A model generated the notes under the pieces. The model saw nothing but the letters and a program-made list of their open reading frames with translations, was not told the origin of the DNA and did not search any database. Positions 41,406 through 55,961 of a stretch of DNA of 64,000 bases are shown piece after piece; positions within the stretch are counted from its first letter, which is position 1, and each line of letters starts with the position of its first letter. The DNA is from Octopus vulgaris (lineage: Eukaryota). Location of the stretch: positions 5,642,001 to 5,706,000 of the forward strand of contig OX597836.1 of NCBI GenBank assembly GCA_951406725.2, written 5' to 3'. The position numbers were made by a program, and so were the translations under genes.

Positions 41406-42430
41406 TATAGTCTTGTGTTCATAAAAGCATTGATTATAGGCGCCCATTCATGGATAAACGTGACACACTCACATTTATATAAGCAAACATACACGGACTC
41501 ACGCAGAGACACATACATACAACAGGTATCACAGACACACAGACACACACAAAATCTCACAAAGTGACGTATACATACAGACATATAATCCCTCTGCCTT
41601 TCTCTCACTAACAAACACACAAACACGCACAAATACACACACACACGACGCACACACACTCAACGCAAACAGCACACAAGGCATACATACACCACACATA
41701 ACATGCACAGCACACACAACACACACAAAACACAGAACACACACATAGACACACAACACACACACGTACACACACGCACACATACATATACACACAACAC
41801 ATAGACACACACACACAACACATAACACACACACACAACACATAACACACACACACAACACATAACACACACACACAACACATAACACACACACACACAA
41901 CACATACACACACACGTTCAAACACGAACACATACGTATACATAACACACACACATACACAACGCACACATATACAACACACACACGTACATACACGCAC
42001 ACATACATAGACACACAACACAACCCTCACACACAACAAACACATACACACATTACACAACACATGTACACACACGCACACAAACATATACATAACACAG
42101 ACACAGCACACACATACACACAACGCACACACGTACATACTCGCGCACACACATACACACAACGCACACACGTACACACTCGTGCACACACATACGTACA
42201 CACAACACATAACACACACACAACACACACATACACAACGCACACACGTACACACACGCACACATACATAGACACACAACACACACACATACACACTCAA
42301 CAAACACACGTACACACACGCTCACATACATATACACACAACACAACACACACACGTACACACACGCCACATACACGCACACACACACACACGCACACAT
42401 ACACGCACACACACACACACGCACACATAT

Positions 42431-42480
<50 letters not shown>

Positions 42481-42500
42481 ACATGTAGCGTCACGCATAT
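40940..42500. repeat. 1.5-kb degenerate (CA)-rich low-complexity tract
   Basis: Alternating purine-pyrimidine sequence with a 20-bp sub-repeat (acacaacacataacacacac) at about 41810-41890. Confidence 0.95.
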
Positions 42501-42559
42501 ACATGAAGCCAACATATATTAATGCCAGGCACCAAACAACTACACTCAAAGAATCCTGC

Positions 42560-42706
42560 CATGTTTTGCTTTGATCTTAACGCATCCAACTTGTCTTCCT
42601 GCCTACCAAAAGTCTGCGATTGCAAATATGGTCTTGCATTATTTCTGTGGCAACAAAATGATGCATGCGTGATTGCTGCACAAGTGCATATGAAAATACG
42701 CACCAC
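42560..42706 (-). mobile_element. Possible mariner transposase remnant
   Basis: HRNNARPY...QT..KL resembles HHDNARPH; short match only. Confidence 0.35.
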
Positions 42707-42775
42707 TTAACACTGCATAATAACAACAAAAATCGCCTATTTATCGATCAATGTCTGTCTCTGTCTCTCTCCTTC

Positions 42776-42892
<117 letters not shown>

Positions 42893-43159
42893 ATCTATCT
42901 GTCTATCTAGCTAACTAGCCAGCCACCTGTCTATATATCTATCTCTCTATCTACCTACCTACCTATCTATCTATCATCTATTTATCGATTAATCTGTCTG
43001 TCTATCTATCTGACTGTCTATATACGTACGTACGTATATCTGTTTATGTATGTATGTATGTATGTATGTATGTATGTATGTATCTATTTATCTGTCTGTC
43101 TATGCATGTACGTACGCATGTATGTATCTATTTATCTATCTATCTATCTATCTACCTAC

Positions 43160-43205
<46 letters not shown>

Positions 43206-43562
43206 GTTTGTCTGACTATACATCTATTTGTCTGTCTGTCGGTATCTTTGTCTACCTGTCTGTCTATGTACGTACGTACATATGTATGCATGTATGTAAG
43301 TATGTATGTATATATGTATGTATTTATCTATCTATCTCTTCCTATGTATGTTTGTCTGTCTATCTATCTATCTGTCTCTCTATGTATGTATGTATCTATG
43401 TATCTATCTGTTTATTGAAATCTCTAGCGATATATATGCACCCAAACCGACGCATATATATACACAAATACACACATACACGTGTGCGTGTGTACATATG
43501 TGTTTGTATATATTATTCTCTTTATAAACACGGCACTGTTTCTATGCAAGCATACACACATA

Positions 43563-44355
43563 CAGGGTGCGATGGGGGTAAACTTTTGCACTTTTATACT
43601 TTTAATTTCACACATGCGCATCGTTTGTTTTTAATTTTGTCGACTACGCTATATACCAAGGTCTGTTGGGCACCGTCTGTGAGAAAAACAGCACCATGAC
43701 GCAATTCACTCTGTCAGAAATTTGGAAATGAAGTGCTCTACTGCTTGGCATTCGCACCGGAAGCTCCAATACGATTGTTTGGGTGTTAATCTGAGAACAT
43801 GTACTGAGAGTGATAAAAGTCAAACATCCAGTCAACATCATGGTGTTTAGAGTGATCACTAGTGATGGCGACATTATGTCTCCATTCATCTTCTCACACT
43901 GCCTCAGACTCAACACGGAGGTCTATATCAAGGGCCTGGAAGAAGAAGTCCTGCACCATGCCACACAAGCAGGGGAACCCAGTAATGGCTGTCAGACAAT
44001 TTCTGCGACCACATCATCCCTAACTCCCCAGACTGCAACCCCTTCATTATTATGTGTAAGGCGCAGTTTAGCGACAGACCAGCACAATTCCTTGTAACAC
44101 CAAAGATGAACTGAAGGCAAGGATTATGGCAGCATTCACCAACTTAAACAAGGAGAACATCCAGAAGAGTTGTAGGTGATTCCAAAGTCGTCTGGAGGCT
44201 GTGGTTAAAGCCAATGGTGATTTTATTGAACAAATTTAATCTTTAGTATTTCAAGATATTCTTACGTAATTTTGGTGAGTATATCTGTTAAAATGAGATG
44301 TCAGTGTTATTTTCATTTTTGAGCGAGTTAGACGATAATTTATTCACCGCACCTT
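43563..44355 (+). mobile_element. Internally deleted Tc1/mariner element, maT (DD37D)-like
   Basis: Starts TA|cagggtgcg; ends aatttattcaccgcacc (degenerate TIR). Translates KVKHPVNIMVF..ITSDGDIMSPFIF, WLSDNF, PNSPDCNP, LKARI...FQSRLEAVVKANGDFIE. Confidence 0.88.
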
Positions 44356-44356
44356 T

Positions 44357-44426
<70 letters not shown>

Positions 44427-44950
44427 CATACACATAGTCATTTCTATAGAAACACAAATATAAATGCATAAATATGCATATACATATACCCGCACAGATA
44501 CATACACAAACACACAGCTATCTTCTCTCCATAGACACATACGAGCATATATATATATACATATACATACATGCATATATACATACATATGTATGCGCAT
44601 ACAAAATGCACAGTAGTCAACACACGCATCTTTTCCCAAAGCACACATACGTGCATATATGTGTGTGTGCACGTGTGTATGTCTGTGTATGTATGTATGT
44701 ATATACATATATTTATGCACACGTACATACATACATATATGCATACATACGCATGCGCATACACAAAGCAGAGTAATCGACACGCGTTTATCTGAACCAA
44801 TATGTCTATCAGTATGTCTTGTAAAATTAATAAACAGTCTTTTCATTTGCATCTCCTTTCTATGGACGTGTGAAAATATGCATAGAAAGGTATACGGGTG
44901 GGTGCACAAACGAAAGAGAGCGGCACCCAACGCACTGGGTAGGTGTTAGG

Positions 44951-45085
44951 TATATTATTTAATAACAGTTTCATTGGGATTCATGCGAGCTAAAATTTTG
45001 CAGGCTCATCATAGGAAGATATCGCGTCATGAGGCTTCGAAACTAATTTGAATGGAGCCGAACCAAGCTGTTGTTAAATAATATA
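44951..45085. mobile_element. Palindromic MITE-like element (about 135 bp)
   Basis: Terminal tatattatttaataacag and ctgttgttaaataatata are 17/18 complementary; imperfect symmetry continues inward to a central gatatc. Confidence 0.75.
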
Positions 45086-45204
45086 TAAAGATGTATGCGT
45101 GCGTGGATGTGTGTGTGAGTGTGTGTGTGAGCGTGTGTGTGTGTGAGCGTGTGTGAGCGTGTGTGAGCGTGCCTACTTGTGCGTGTGTGTGTTTATGTAT
45201 GTAC

Positions 45205-45320
<116 letters not shown>

Positions 45321-45354
45321 CTTCAATCATATGATAATATAAATAATTTAAATA

Positions 45355-45395
<41 letters not shown>

Positions 45396-45439
45396 TAGAT
45401 AGATAGATACATGTATACATACATATATATATATATGCA

Positions 45440-45790
45440 TATGTAGGCACAGGGCGTCATGAAACGTTTGCAACACAAGAGTACGAAACACGAGTACATG
45501 GAACATGAACTATTCTTTCGAACAACGAAAGACACAAATGGGAAACAAAACAAACAACAAAAAAACGACCCTTCATCAGTTGTTGGCTGTTTTTCCAGTC
45601 TCGTATTTCGAGCATTTAACCACAATATACGTTTTCGATAAAACAATTGCTCCCGCAAAGCAAATTAAATAAAATTTGGGATTTTTGCGGAGGGTCACAA
45701 TAGGTGACAAAAACAGGACAGTGAAAACAAACAGGAAGAGCTGCTAAGCCTGAACGAGAATGTTTACTAGCTGAGTGGACTAAAGAAACG
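45440..45790 (-). repeat. Interspersed repeat containing a CTGATGA motif, related to about 29600-29735
   Basis: Shared cgaaa...acaactgatgaaggg...atttgt.tctttcgttgtt. Confidence 0.55.
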
Positions 45791-46526
45791 TGAAATAAAG
45801 TGTCTTGCTGAAGGACACAGTACGCCGTCAGGAATCGAACTCAATACCTTACGGTCATGGGTCAAGTACCCTAACCACCGAGCCACTTCAGTTCTAGACA
45901 GTGATACTACTGCAACAATACACGTCCACTATTCCACGAGTACATCACCTCACCAACACACGAACACCGCTACAGAAACTCCGCCTTTACACCAACCGAC
46001 GCCTCACCAGTATTTCACTACCTTGGCACTACACCGAAACTGTAAAACTAACAACAACAACAAGGAGGAGAACAGCATCATCAGCGCTACAGACAGCGGT
46101 TCTCAGCAACCACGAAGTCAAGCCAAAAATATATAAATATATATATTTCCATTTGTTTATTCAACTTGAACCTGCGTCTCGTACCTATTTCACAGTTCTA
46201 TTTACGGAGATGTTTAAAATCTCTCTAATCAATTTATTACGCCTCAGTGAAGACAAAAGCAAACAAACGAAAGAAGAACAGTCTAGAGCCCTTAAGGTCT
46301 TCGTCTGCTTGTTCTATTAGACCTCACTTTTTCCCAGATACAGAAGAACAAGAGAGATACGGGGAGTGAAAGATGTGAGGGAGAAATGTTGGAACGGTTC
46401 ATGGCTGGCTTTTCTTATCTTCTCAAACAAATATTGAATTCAGTAAATAAATTAAGATGATTAAATTCTGTGTAGGAATTACTGAAATTAATAGGGTAGT
46501 CGTCACGCTAATTACCTTGTAGTATT

Positions 46527-47135
46527 AAGGTAGCGACCTGGGCGGAATCGTTAGCACGCCGGGGAAACGCTTAGTAGCTTTTCGTCCATCTTTACATTCT
46601 GGGTTCAAATTCCGCCCAGGTTGACTTTGGCCTTTTATTCTCCAGTGGTCGATAAAATAGGTACCAGCTGAACATTGGGGTCGAAGGAAACCAATTCCCT
46701 CTTCCCCAGACTTGCTGTCATTATGTCTAAATTTGAAACCATTATTAGGGCAGCGAGCTGGCAGGATCGTTAGCACGCTGTAAGTTCAAATTCCGCCGAG
46801 GTCGACGTTGCCTTTTCATCGTTCAGTTGTCGATAAAATAAATACCAGTTGAACTCTGGGGTCGATGTAATCGACTAACCCCCGCCCTAAAGATTGCTGA
46901 TCTCCTTTAAACCAATATTAAGGCGGTGAACTGACAGGATAGTTACCACGTCGGACAAAATGCTTAGCAGTATTTCGTATGTCCTTACATTCAGTGTTCA
47001 AATCCGACGAGGTCAATTTTGCTCTTTCGTGTTTCATTGGTTCAGGAAATAAGTACTATTTAAGTAATAGAGTCAATGCAATCAACTGAAACCCTCCTCT
47101 GAACATTGCTGGCCTTGTGCCAAAATTGGAAATCA
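46527..47135 (+). mobile_element. Three diverged head-to-tail SINE family A copies
   Basis: Heads at about 46527, 46750 and 46920, each ending in a gaaaccattatta-like tail. Confidence 0.8.
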
Positions 47136-47778
47136 ATTATTTTGTGGCATTAAGTTGCGGATCGTAAATTTTAGAGATCATATTTTCCACCGAGGTTGTC
47201 GTATTTGCATTTCGTCTCCTTCCAAGGGTCGTAAAAATGTAGTGCAAAAAGCACAACCAAGAACGTATTACTCATGATTAGCACAAGCGAAACCGGTTGA
47301 CTATGCAAATATTTCATTTCATAGAAAAACTTTATATATTTTGTCCAATTCTGAGCATTCTTTTTCTTTTCATAGTTTTTGCTACAATTCGAAATTTGAA
47401 AAATCTGTTTTTATGGGACCACTTCACTGTGTGGGTGGGTGTATGTGTGTGTATGTAAGTGTGTGTGTATGTGAGTGAGTGTGTGTGTATGTGTGTGTAT
47501 GCGTGTGTGTGTATTTGTGTTTGGATAGGTGTCAATGTATGTATAAATGTAGTGTACAAAAATTAAAATTAACACAAAATCGGGGTAAAAAATAAAGCAA
47601 AAAACAAACAGGGTATATATTAGGTTTTCGCAGAGGAATATTAAAATACTCTTTCGCTTCGAGCATACTTATACTGTACTCTACTACGTATACTGTACTC
47701 TACTGTACTTCTACGTATACTTATACTGTACTCTACTACGTTCTTTACAGAATATACCATATATACATACATATATAT

Positions 47779-47987
47779 GTGACCTCGTGAGTACCGCTGG
47801 CGATTTTTTTCCTCTGTCTTCCCTTCTCGGGACCCTTCCTTCTCCTATGTTTCCGACGAAGAGCTCCGCTCGAAACGTTAAATCCTCCTACTTCCCTTCT
47901 TTCCTGAGCGTCCAATAATACTTTATTTGTTCCACGTCCTCGCGTTGCTGTGTTTTTTTGTTTTTTTGTGTTTTCTTGTTTGGATTA

Positions 47988-47990
<3 letters not shown>
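47779..47990 (+). mobile_element. Penelope-like non-autonomous repeat with hammerhead-like core
   Basis: 47853-47880 reads CCGACGA-A-GAGC-TCC-GCTC-GAAA-CGTTA; TA-rich flanks. Confidence 0.6.
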
Positions 47991-48050
<60 letters not shown>

Positions 48051-48051
48051 C

Positions 48052-48098
<47 letters not shown>

Positions 48099-48100
<2 letters not shown>

Positions 48101-48437
48101 GTAAAGACCCCCTTCGGTCATGAATGACCATGGGATTGCACCTAGAAAGTTACCCTCCTAGACACAAGTCCGGGCAAGGTTGTTTATGGAAGGCCAGCAG
48201 TCGCCCATGCATACCAGCCTCCCCTCTCTACGCCACCAGTGTTATCCAAGGGAAAGACAAAGGTCGATACAGCTTGGCACCAGTGACGTCGCAACTCATT
48301 TCTACAGCTGTGTGAACTGGAGCAACGTAAAATAAAGTGCCTTGCTCTAGAACACAACACGCAGCCCGGTCCGGGATTCGAGCTCACAACCTCACGATCG
48401 TAAGCTCGACGCTCTAACCACTGAGCTATGCGCCTTC
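48099..48437 (-). mobile_element. SINE family C, full length
   Basis: Reverse complement of the 8770 and 31017 copies. Confidence 0.9.
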
Positions 48438-48503
48438 ACATACATATATATATTTCATATATATGCGCCTTCACATATATATATATATATATATATCATA
48501 TAC

Positions 48504-48554
<51 letters not shown>

Positions 48555-48847
48555 AATAATAACCTTTATGGTAAATAAACAAACGACAGACATAACGTAT
48601 ACTTAACGTCAAAACGAACGGGAAATAAATAGAAGGTCCGTAATTCCTCATCAGTTATCGACCAATCGGTAATATTCTGTTTCGCACCTTTAACGATAAG
48701 ACTGAGCATTTCCAACTTGGCGGTGCCCGCAAGACCATTTTCTTGCGGGGAATTAGGGACGAGAGATACACGCATACATACATCCATACACAGGTAAATC
48801 AATATATGTGTAGGTGGACATATGTTTATATATTCATACATACACAC

Positions 48848-48910
<63 letters not shown>

Positions 48911-49479
48911 TATTGGTGTATACATACATGAATATGCATAAAATAAATACGTCTACTCGATCTCTTTTCTTCTATTTTCTAACTTCTTTTAGTCATTGGA
49001 CGTCGGCCATGTTGTGATAGACACAATATGGCTGACGTTCATTCTTTACTACCCGTAAGTCAGCGGAAAGCCGAGGAGGCGACAACCTGAGAAAGAGGGA
49101 AATAGAAAGAAACAGAAACGGAGAGGAGAAGAGGATTGAAAAAGAGAAAGAGAGAGAGAGAGAGTGAGAAGGGGAGAGAGAAAGAGAAGGAGAGAGAAAC
49201 AGAGAGAGAGAGAGAGAGAGAGAAACAGAGAGAGAGAGAAACAGAGAGAGAGTGAGAGGTAGGGAGCTATTATTCATTTTCGGCAGATAAGTCTGTAGCA
49301 ACGTGAAATGAAATGCCCCAGGAAACAAGATATTGTCCGGTTCAGTCCAGGAATCGAACCCACAACCTAACGACCATGACCCCAATGCGCTACCTACTAG
49401 GCCACATATATATTTTTATATGTATATATATACATATTCACACAGCGTTTCACTCCTTTTTCCAAACCTCTATCATTCA

Positions 49480-49519
49480 CTATCTCTCTCTCTCTCCTTT
49501 CTGTTTTTCTTCCTCTCCC

Positions 49520-49570
<51 letters not shown>

Positions 49571-50275
49571 CTGTTTTTCTCCTTTTCCCATCTCTCTCCC
49601 TCTCTCTCCCTCTCTCTCCCCCTCTCTCTCTCTCCCTTTCTGTTTTTCTTCCTCTACCATCTCTCTCCCTCTCTCTACCTCTATCTCTCTCTCCCTCTAT
49701 CTCTCTCTCCCCTTTTCTATTTTTCTTCCTTTCCCATCTCTCTCCTTCTATCTCTCTCTCTCCCTTTCTGTTTTTCTTCCTCTTCCATCTCTCTCCCTCT
49801 CTCTCCCACTATCTCTCTCTCCCACTATCTCTCTCTCCCCTTTTCTGTTTTTCTTCCTCTCCCATCTCTCTCCCTCTCTCTCCCTCTATCTCTCTCTCCC
49901 CTTTTCTATTTTTCATCCTTTCCCATCTCTCTCCTTCTATCTCTATCTCTCCCTTTTTGTTTTTCTTCCTCTTCCATCTCTCTCCCTCTCTCTCCCTCTA
50001 TCTCTCTCTCCCCTTTTCTGTTTTTCTTCCATTCCCATCTCTCTCCCTCTCTCTCCCTCTATCTCTCTCTCTTCCTATTCATGTGTATGTCCCACATTGT
50101 TCCTCTCCCTTCTCTCTCCCCTCTCTCTTCATTTTCCCTTCTCTCTCTTCCTCCTCCTTTCTCTCTCCCCTCTCGCTTCCTCTTCCCTTCCCTCTCCCCT
50201 CTCTCTTCCTCTTCACTTCTCTCTCTTCCTATTCATGTGCATGTCCCACATTATTCCCCTCTTTTCCTCTCTCTT

Positions 50276-50306
<31 letters not shown>

Positions 50307-50660
50307 TGCACGTTTCCCGTAACGTTCAGTCGCTTCCTCTCCTTCTGAATCTCACTTCATTTTCCTCTCTTCCTTTTTCTGTCCGTTTCCCCTCCTCTCT
50401 GTCCGTCTGTCTCTTTCTTTCTGTCACTCTCTCTCTCTCTCTCTCTGTCACTCTCTCTCTCTGTCACTCTCTCTCTCTGTCACTCTCCCTCTCTCTCTCT
50501 GTAACGCTCTCTCTCTGTCACTCTCTCCCTCTGTCACTCTTTCCCTCTGTCACTCTCTCTCTCCTTCTCTCCCTCCCCCTCTCTTTCCCCTCCCACCATC
50601 TCTCTCATCACTCTCTTCCTCTCTCTTCCTTCTCTCCCCCTCCTCTCTCTCTCTATTGTC
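49480..50660. repeat. 1.2-kb polypyrimidine (CT-rich) minisatellite-like tract
   Basis: Repeated units containing ctttctgtttttcttcctct.ccatctctctccctct. Confidence 0.93.
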
Positions 50661-50771
50661 CACTCTCATTTGTGTTACACCCACATTCATCACTTTTAAT
50701 TTTTGTTTTTTGTTTTGTTTATTTAACATTATTTTTTTTTTATTTTTACATTTTTCTTGTTTCCATTTCAG

Positions 50772-50795
50772 AGTTTTTGGGTCTAACCCAACTAG
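50772..50795 (+). other. Candidate 24-nt microexon
   Basis: Long T-rich tract ending ttcttgtttccatttCAG, then AGTTTTTGGGTCTAACCCAACTAG, then GTAAGC. Length divisible by 3; two phases are open. Confidence 0.45.
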
Positions 50796-51199
50796 GTAAG
50801 CGCCAAAAATGGTACCATTTCCAGCAGAACTGAAGAAGAAAACGATAAAACAACGATGGTTCCAACAGGAAATAAAAAAAAATAAAATTAAAATAATAAT
50901 AAAAATAAAAATAAAATGAAATAAAATAAAATAAAAATGTTTGGCAAAAATCTTATCATTTGCAGTCACGTCCTGATAAAAGCAACAACAACAACAACAG
51001 CAACTACGAACACAACGGTAACAGCAACAACAACAACAGCACTAAACAATACGTCGATGTCTTCATAAGCAAGGAATTCTAAGTGAAATATGCCAACTCT
51101 ACTGATAACTTTGATGGTGGCTTTGAATGGAATACGATGATCAAGTAATGATATGAACGGTACCAGAGAAACCTAAGACAGCGGTCGCAGAAACGTAGA

Positions 51200-51243
<44 letters not shown>

Positions 51244-51439
51244 TAGTAGTAATTGATTTTCGGCACGAGGTCGACCCTAACGGAGAGCGCAGACCTATAA
51301 CCCTATGCATTTTATCCGTGAACCATATCAGCGACATTTTAAGCAAATCATGTTTCAGACAACAGAAGTATCTGATCCTCACGCTTCCTTTCTACACATC
51401 CCTGCCTGTCTGTCTGTCTCTATACCTATATTTCTCTCC

Positions 51440-51471
<32 letters not shown>

Positions 51472-51659
51472 ATCTCACACACACTCTCTCTCTCTCTCAC
51501 ACAGAATTTCTCTCTCATTCTGATGAAGGACAAGGTTTCCGAAACGTTAGTTTCTAACAAAGAATAAGTCCTGGGGTTGATTCGTTCGACTAAAGGCAGT
51601 GCTATGGCTTGGCCGCAGTCAAATGACGGAAACCAGTAAAAGAATAAAAGAATAAAAAG

Positions 51660-52040
51660 ACCAGCAATTTCGGGGAGGGGAGAAGGGGTATATTGCTCAC
51701 CTAGAACTGATTTTATCGACCTCGAAAGGATAAAAAAGGCAAAGATGGCATTGGAAGGATTTGAACTCTGAACGTAAAAACGGACGCTAAGCATTTTGTC
51801 CGATGCCTTAACGATTCCGTCAGCCTTACGCTTTGTCCGATATTGGTTTCAAATTTTGGTTTCAAAAGACCAGCAGTGTTGGGAAAAAGCCTAAGTCCAT
51901 TACATCGACCCCAGTATTCAACTGGTATTTATTTTATCGACCCCGAAAGGATGAAAGCCAAAGGGGATCTCGGGTGAATTGGGACTCAGATCGTAAAGAC
52001 GGATTGAAATGCTCACATGCATTTTGCCTTACGTGCTGAC
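51660..52040 (-). mobile_element. Two degenerate SINE family A copies
   Basis: atcgacc.cgaaaggat cores at about 51715 and 51936. Confidence 0.7.
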
Positions 52041-52056
52041 TATTACGCCAGCTTGA

Positions 52057-52472
52057 AGGCGACGAGCTGGCAGAATCGTTAGCACGCCGGGCGAAATGCG
52101 TAGCCGTATTTCGACTGCCGATACGTTCTGAATTCAAATTGCGCCGAGGTCGACTTTGCCTTTATTACTTTCGGGGTCGATTAAATAAGTACCAGTTATG
52201 CATTGGGGTCGATATAATCGACTTAATCCCTTTGTCTGTCCTTGTTTCTCCCCTCTATGCTTAGCCCCTTGTGGATAATAAAGAAATAGGTATTTCGTCT
52301 GCCGTTACGTTCTGAGTTCAAATTCTGCCGAGGTCGACCTTGCCTTTCATCCTTTGGGGGTCGATAAATTAAGCACCAATCACGCACTGGGGTCGATTAC
52401 ATCGACTTAATCCCTTTGTCTGTCCTTGTTTGTCCCCTCTGTGTTTAGCCCCTATGGGCAATAAAGAAATAA
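52057..52472 (+). mobile_element. SINE family A, dimeric form
   Basis: Head aggcgacgagctggcagaatcg; second unit starts at aagaaata|ggtatttcgtctg. Confidence 0.9.
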
Positions 52473-53134
52473 GTGTTGACTATTACGCCAGCTCACCGCC
52501 GTAAACCTGGATTGTATTAAGCAGTTACTTGACTGATGCTGTTGTTATTGTGGTTGTTGGTGGAATTGAATCGCCTCCAGTCAGCTCTAATCAAGGAAAC
52601 TATAACCGAAAGCATTCCAACAATCACCATGACTAAATATTTTTTAGGCAATGAATTACATTGTCAGGTGAGTCCTTTTTGCTTAAGACGGAAGGCTTTG
52701 ATTTGAAGGGGCTTTGGCTGCTGTTTCTAGTACACTCACTGACCACATCGGGAGCTCTTTTGTTGACTCATCAGTGAGTGTGGTTATATGATAAGGTGAT
52801 GACCTCATTAAAATGATAGCGGATGTAATCAGCAGGGGGTCGTTGGCGTTAATTACGACTTCAAATCTTTGACCCTCTCTCTCCTTCACCCCTCCTCCTT
52901 TTTCTTTTTCTCCTCTTTCTCTCTTTTTCTTTCTCTCACTCACTCTCTCTTTCTTTCTCTCTCTCCCCCTCCCCCCTCTCTCTCTCATTGTCTCTCGGAC
53001 CTCTTATCAATCAGCCAGTCAACCAAATAAGAAATCTAACTGCCTCCGATCTATCTATCTAACTATCTATCCTTGTAATTTGTCCCGTCTGTGTGCAGCC
53101 CTGTGTGCAGCCCTGTGTGGCTAATAAAGAAGCA

Positions 53135-53199
<65 letters not shown>

Positions 53200-53211
53200 C
53201 TCTCTCTCTCC

Positions 53212-53263
<52 letters not shown>

Positions 53264-53294
53264 TTATCTATCTATCTATATCTCTCTCTCCTCC

Positions 53295-53343
<49 letters not shown>

Positions 53344-53414
53344 CGTCTGTCTGTCTATCTGTGTATCTATCTTTCTATCTATCTATCTATGTATCTCACA
53401 CACACACACACACA

Positions 53415-53502
<88 letters not shown>

Positions 53503-54119
53503 ATATTCATCTATTGGACTATTTATGTATTTTTTCCGTGTCACCCTGCTGGTTTATCTGCCAATCTATTCATCTAACTGTGGCACGACTGTCTGTCTAT
53601 CCATCTATATCTATCTATCTGTCTGCCTGCCTATGTATCTCTATCTATCTGCCTCTCTGTCTGTCTTCTGTCTTTGTCTAATCATCTACCTATCTGTCTG
53701 TCCGTCTGTCTATTTATCTAGGTAGATCTGCAATAAATTTTATTTGATAAAACAATACACAAACAACTCAATCTCCAAGGTTTCAAATGCGATGTGACCC
53801 TAGGCAACACCATTTTAGTCTCCCGCAAGAACTAATGAATTTGCCACCTTATAGCTGTTTGTCTTGCTAGAAACAGCAGCTAAATCACTCACAAATCATG
53901 CCTTACTGTCTTAACAGGAAGAAAACTTTCGTCTTTTATACACCTAACACTAGAGTCATGCTTTGATCGGATCGGCTGCAATGCTTTCATCTAAAAATAC
54001 CTGGAACTAAAAAATAGCAACCTGCTGTTATTCGAGATAAAAGCGATAAACAGTGATATGTACAAATACATACTTGTCACCAGCTGAATTATGCTTGAGG
54101 CGGATTCGAACAAGTACTG

Positions 54120-54536
54120 TTATTTCTTTATTGCCCTCAAGGGGCCAAACATAGAGGGGACAAACTAGGACAGACAAACGGATTAAGTCGATTATATCGA
54201 CCCCAGTGCGTAACTGGTACTTATTTAATCGACCCCGAAAGGATGAAAAGCAAAGTCGACCTCGGTGGAATTTGAACTCAGAACGTAGCGGCAGACGAAA
54301 TACCTATTTCTTTACTACCCACAAGGGGCTAAACACAGAGAGGACAAACAAGGACAGACAAACGGATTAAGTCGATTATATCGACCCCAGTGCGTAACTG
54401 GAACTTATTTAATCGATCCCGAAAGGATGAAAGGCAAAGTCAACCTCGGCGGAATTTGAACTCAGAACGTAAAGGCAGACGAAATACAGCTAAACATTTT
54501 GCCCGGCGTGCTAACGTTTCTGCCAGTTCGCCGCCT
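54120..54536 (-). mobile_element. SINE family A, dimeric form
   Basis: Same unit structure as the 52057 copy, in opposite orientation. Confidence 0.9.
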
Positions 54537-55247
54537 TAATAGGTACTGTTGCTCAATATCTCTCGATGTGAGATTTAAAAATAGTAATTTCCTAAGCCTT
54601 GGCTTTGTTGTCACATTTTATTTAACACCCACACACACACACACACACATGCAGTATTTTTTACCGTCTCCCCATCTACCAGAAACCTCTCTGCTAAAGA
54701 AACTTTAGTTAGCCTCAGGTCAAAGGTGACATGCAGTGAGACTGAACTTGAAACGATGAGGTTTGGAAGCCAACGAATTAACCACGCAGCTAGGCCTGGC
54801 CTATGTATGTGAGGATTCAACTTTATCTTTCATATTTAATATTATTCATCGGATCTGTTTAAATATATCATGCATTCTTGGCGAGATATTTCTTGACGCT
54901 TTTAGCAAGTTTCGTATTTCTATCTCCTACAATTAACGTCTAATTAATTGATCAATATAATTTAATTCAATTTCCTTTTCGCTTATTTTATTTTAACTTG
55001 TAGCTCTGTCGTCTTTATTTTCTATCATCTACGACCGTTTTAGTAAGTATAGTACACTAATATTTACCCCTCCCCACACCATATATATATATATATATAT
55101 ACAGATATACATAATACATGTATGTATGTATGCATGTATATATGCATATGTAATGTCTATCTATCTATCTATTTATCTGTCAATATATACATGTGTATGT
55201 ATGTACGTATGTATGTATATGTATATATATATACGTGTGTATCTATG

Positions 55248-55283
<36 letters not shown>

Positions 55284-55352
55284 TGTGGGTGTGTGTGTGT
55301 GTGTATACATACGTACACTACACACACGTATATATAAGTATGTTTATACTTG

Positions 55353-55388
<36 letters not shown>

Positions 55389-55421
55389 TTTATGTATATG
55401 TATATATATACATACACAAAC

Positions 55422-55461
<40 letters not shown>

Positions 55462-55556
55462 TGATATAACTGTATGTACACATGCATGTATGCATGTATG
55501 TACAAGTGTTGGTATGTGTGTTTGTGTTTGTGTGTTTGTGTTTGTGTGTTTGTGTT

Positions 55557-55612
<56 letters not shown>

Positions 55613-55961
55613 TGTGCATGTATACATTTTGCAATACGGATCTGCCACGTTACTTCTCTGTGTGTAAGCTTCAACGTATTCTTCATTCCCAGCTGTTAAT
55701 GTTTATAAAAGAAAATTCATTCCAATATTAATTAGTAGAGATCCACATATACACATTAAATTGCATTATGTACATATCTGTAAATTATATTACGGATATA
55801 ATATGCTAGAAACTCATAAGATTATGTTATTTTGTTTGTCATCACACGTCTCAAGTGCTAAAATTTATATGTAATCATTTTCTTACTGTTTTCTTATAAT
55901 ATTTGTTAAAATTTAAACATTCCGGAATTTGTTGTTTTTAAATAATATTAATTAGTTGTTA

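Noticed and set aside
49313-50833. 506-aa Ser/Leu ORF
   Set aside because: It is a polypyrimidine-tract artefact.
52648-52673. 20-nt exon-like segment with GTGAGT donor
   Set aside because: It lies within repeat family F and has a weak acceptor.
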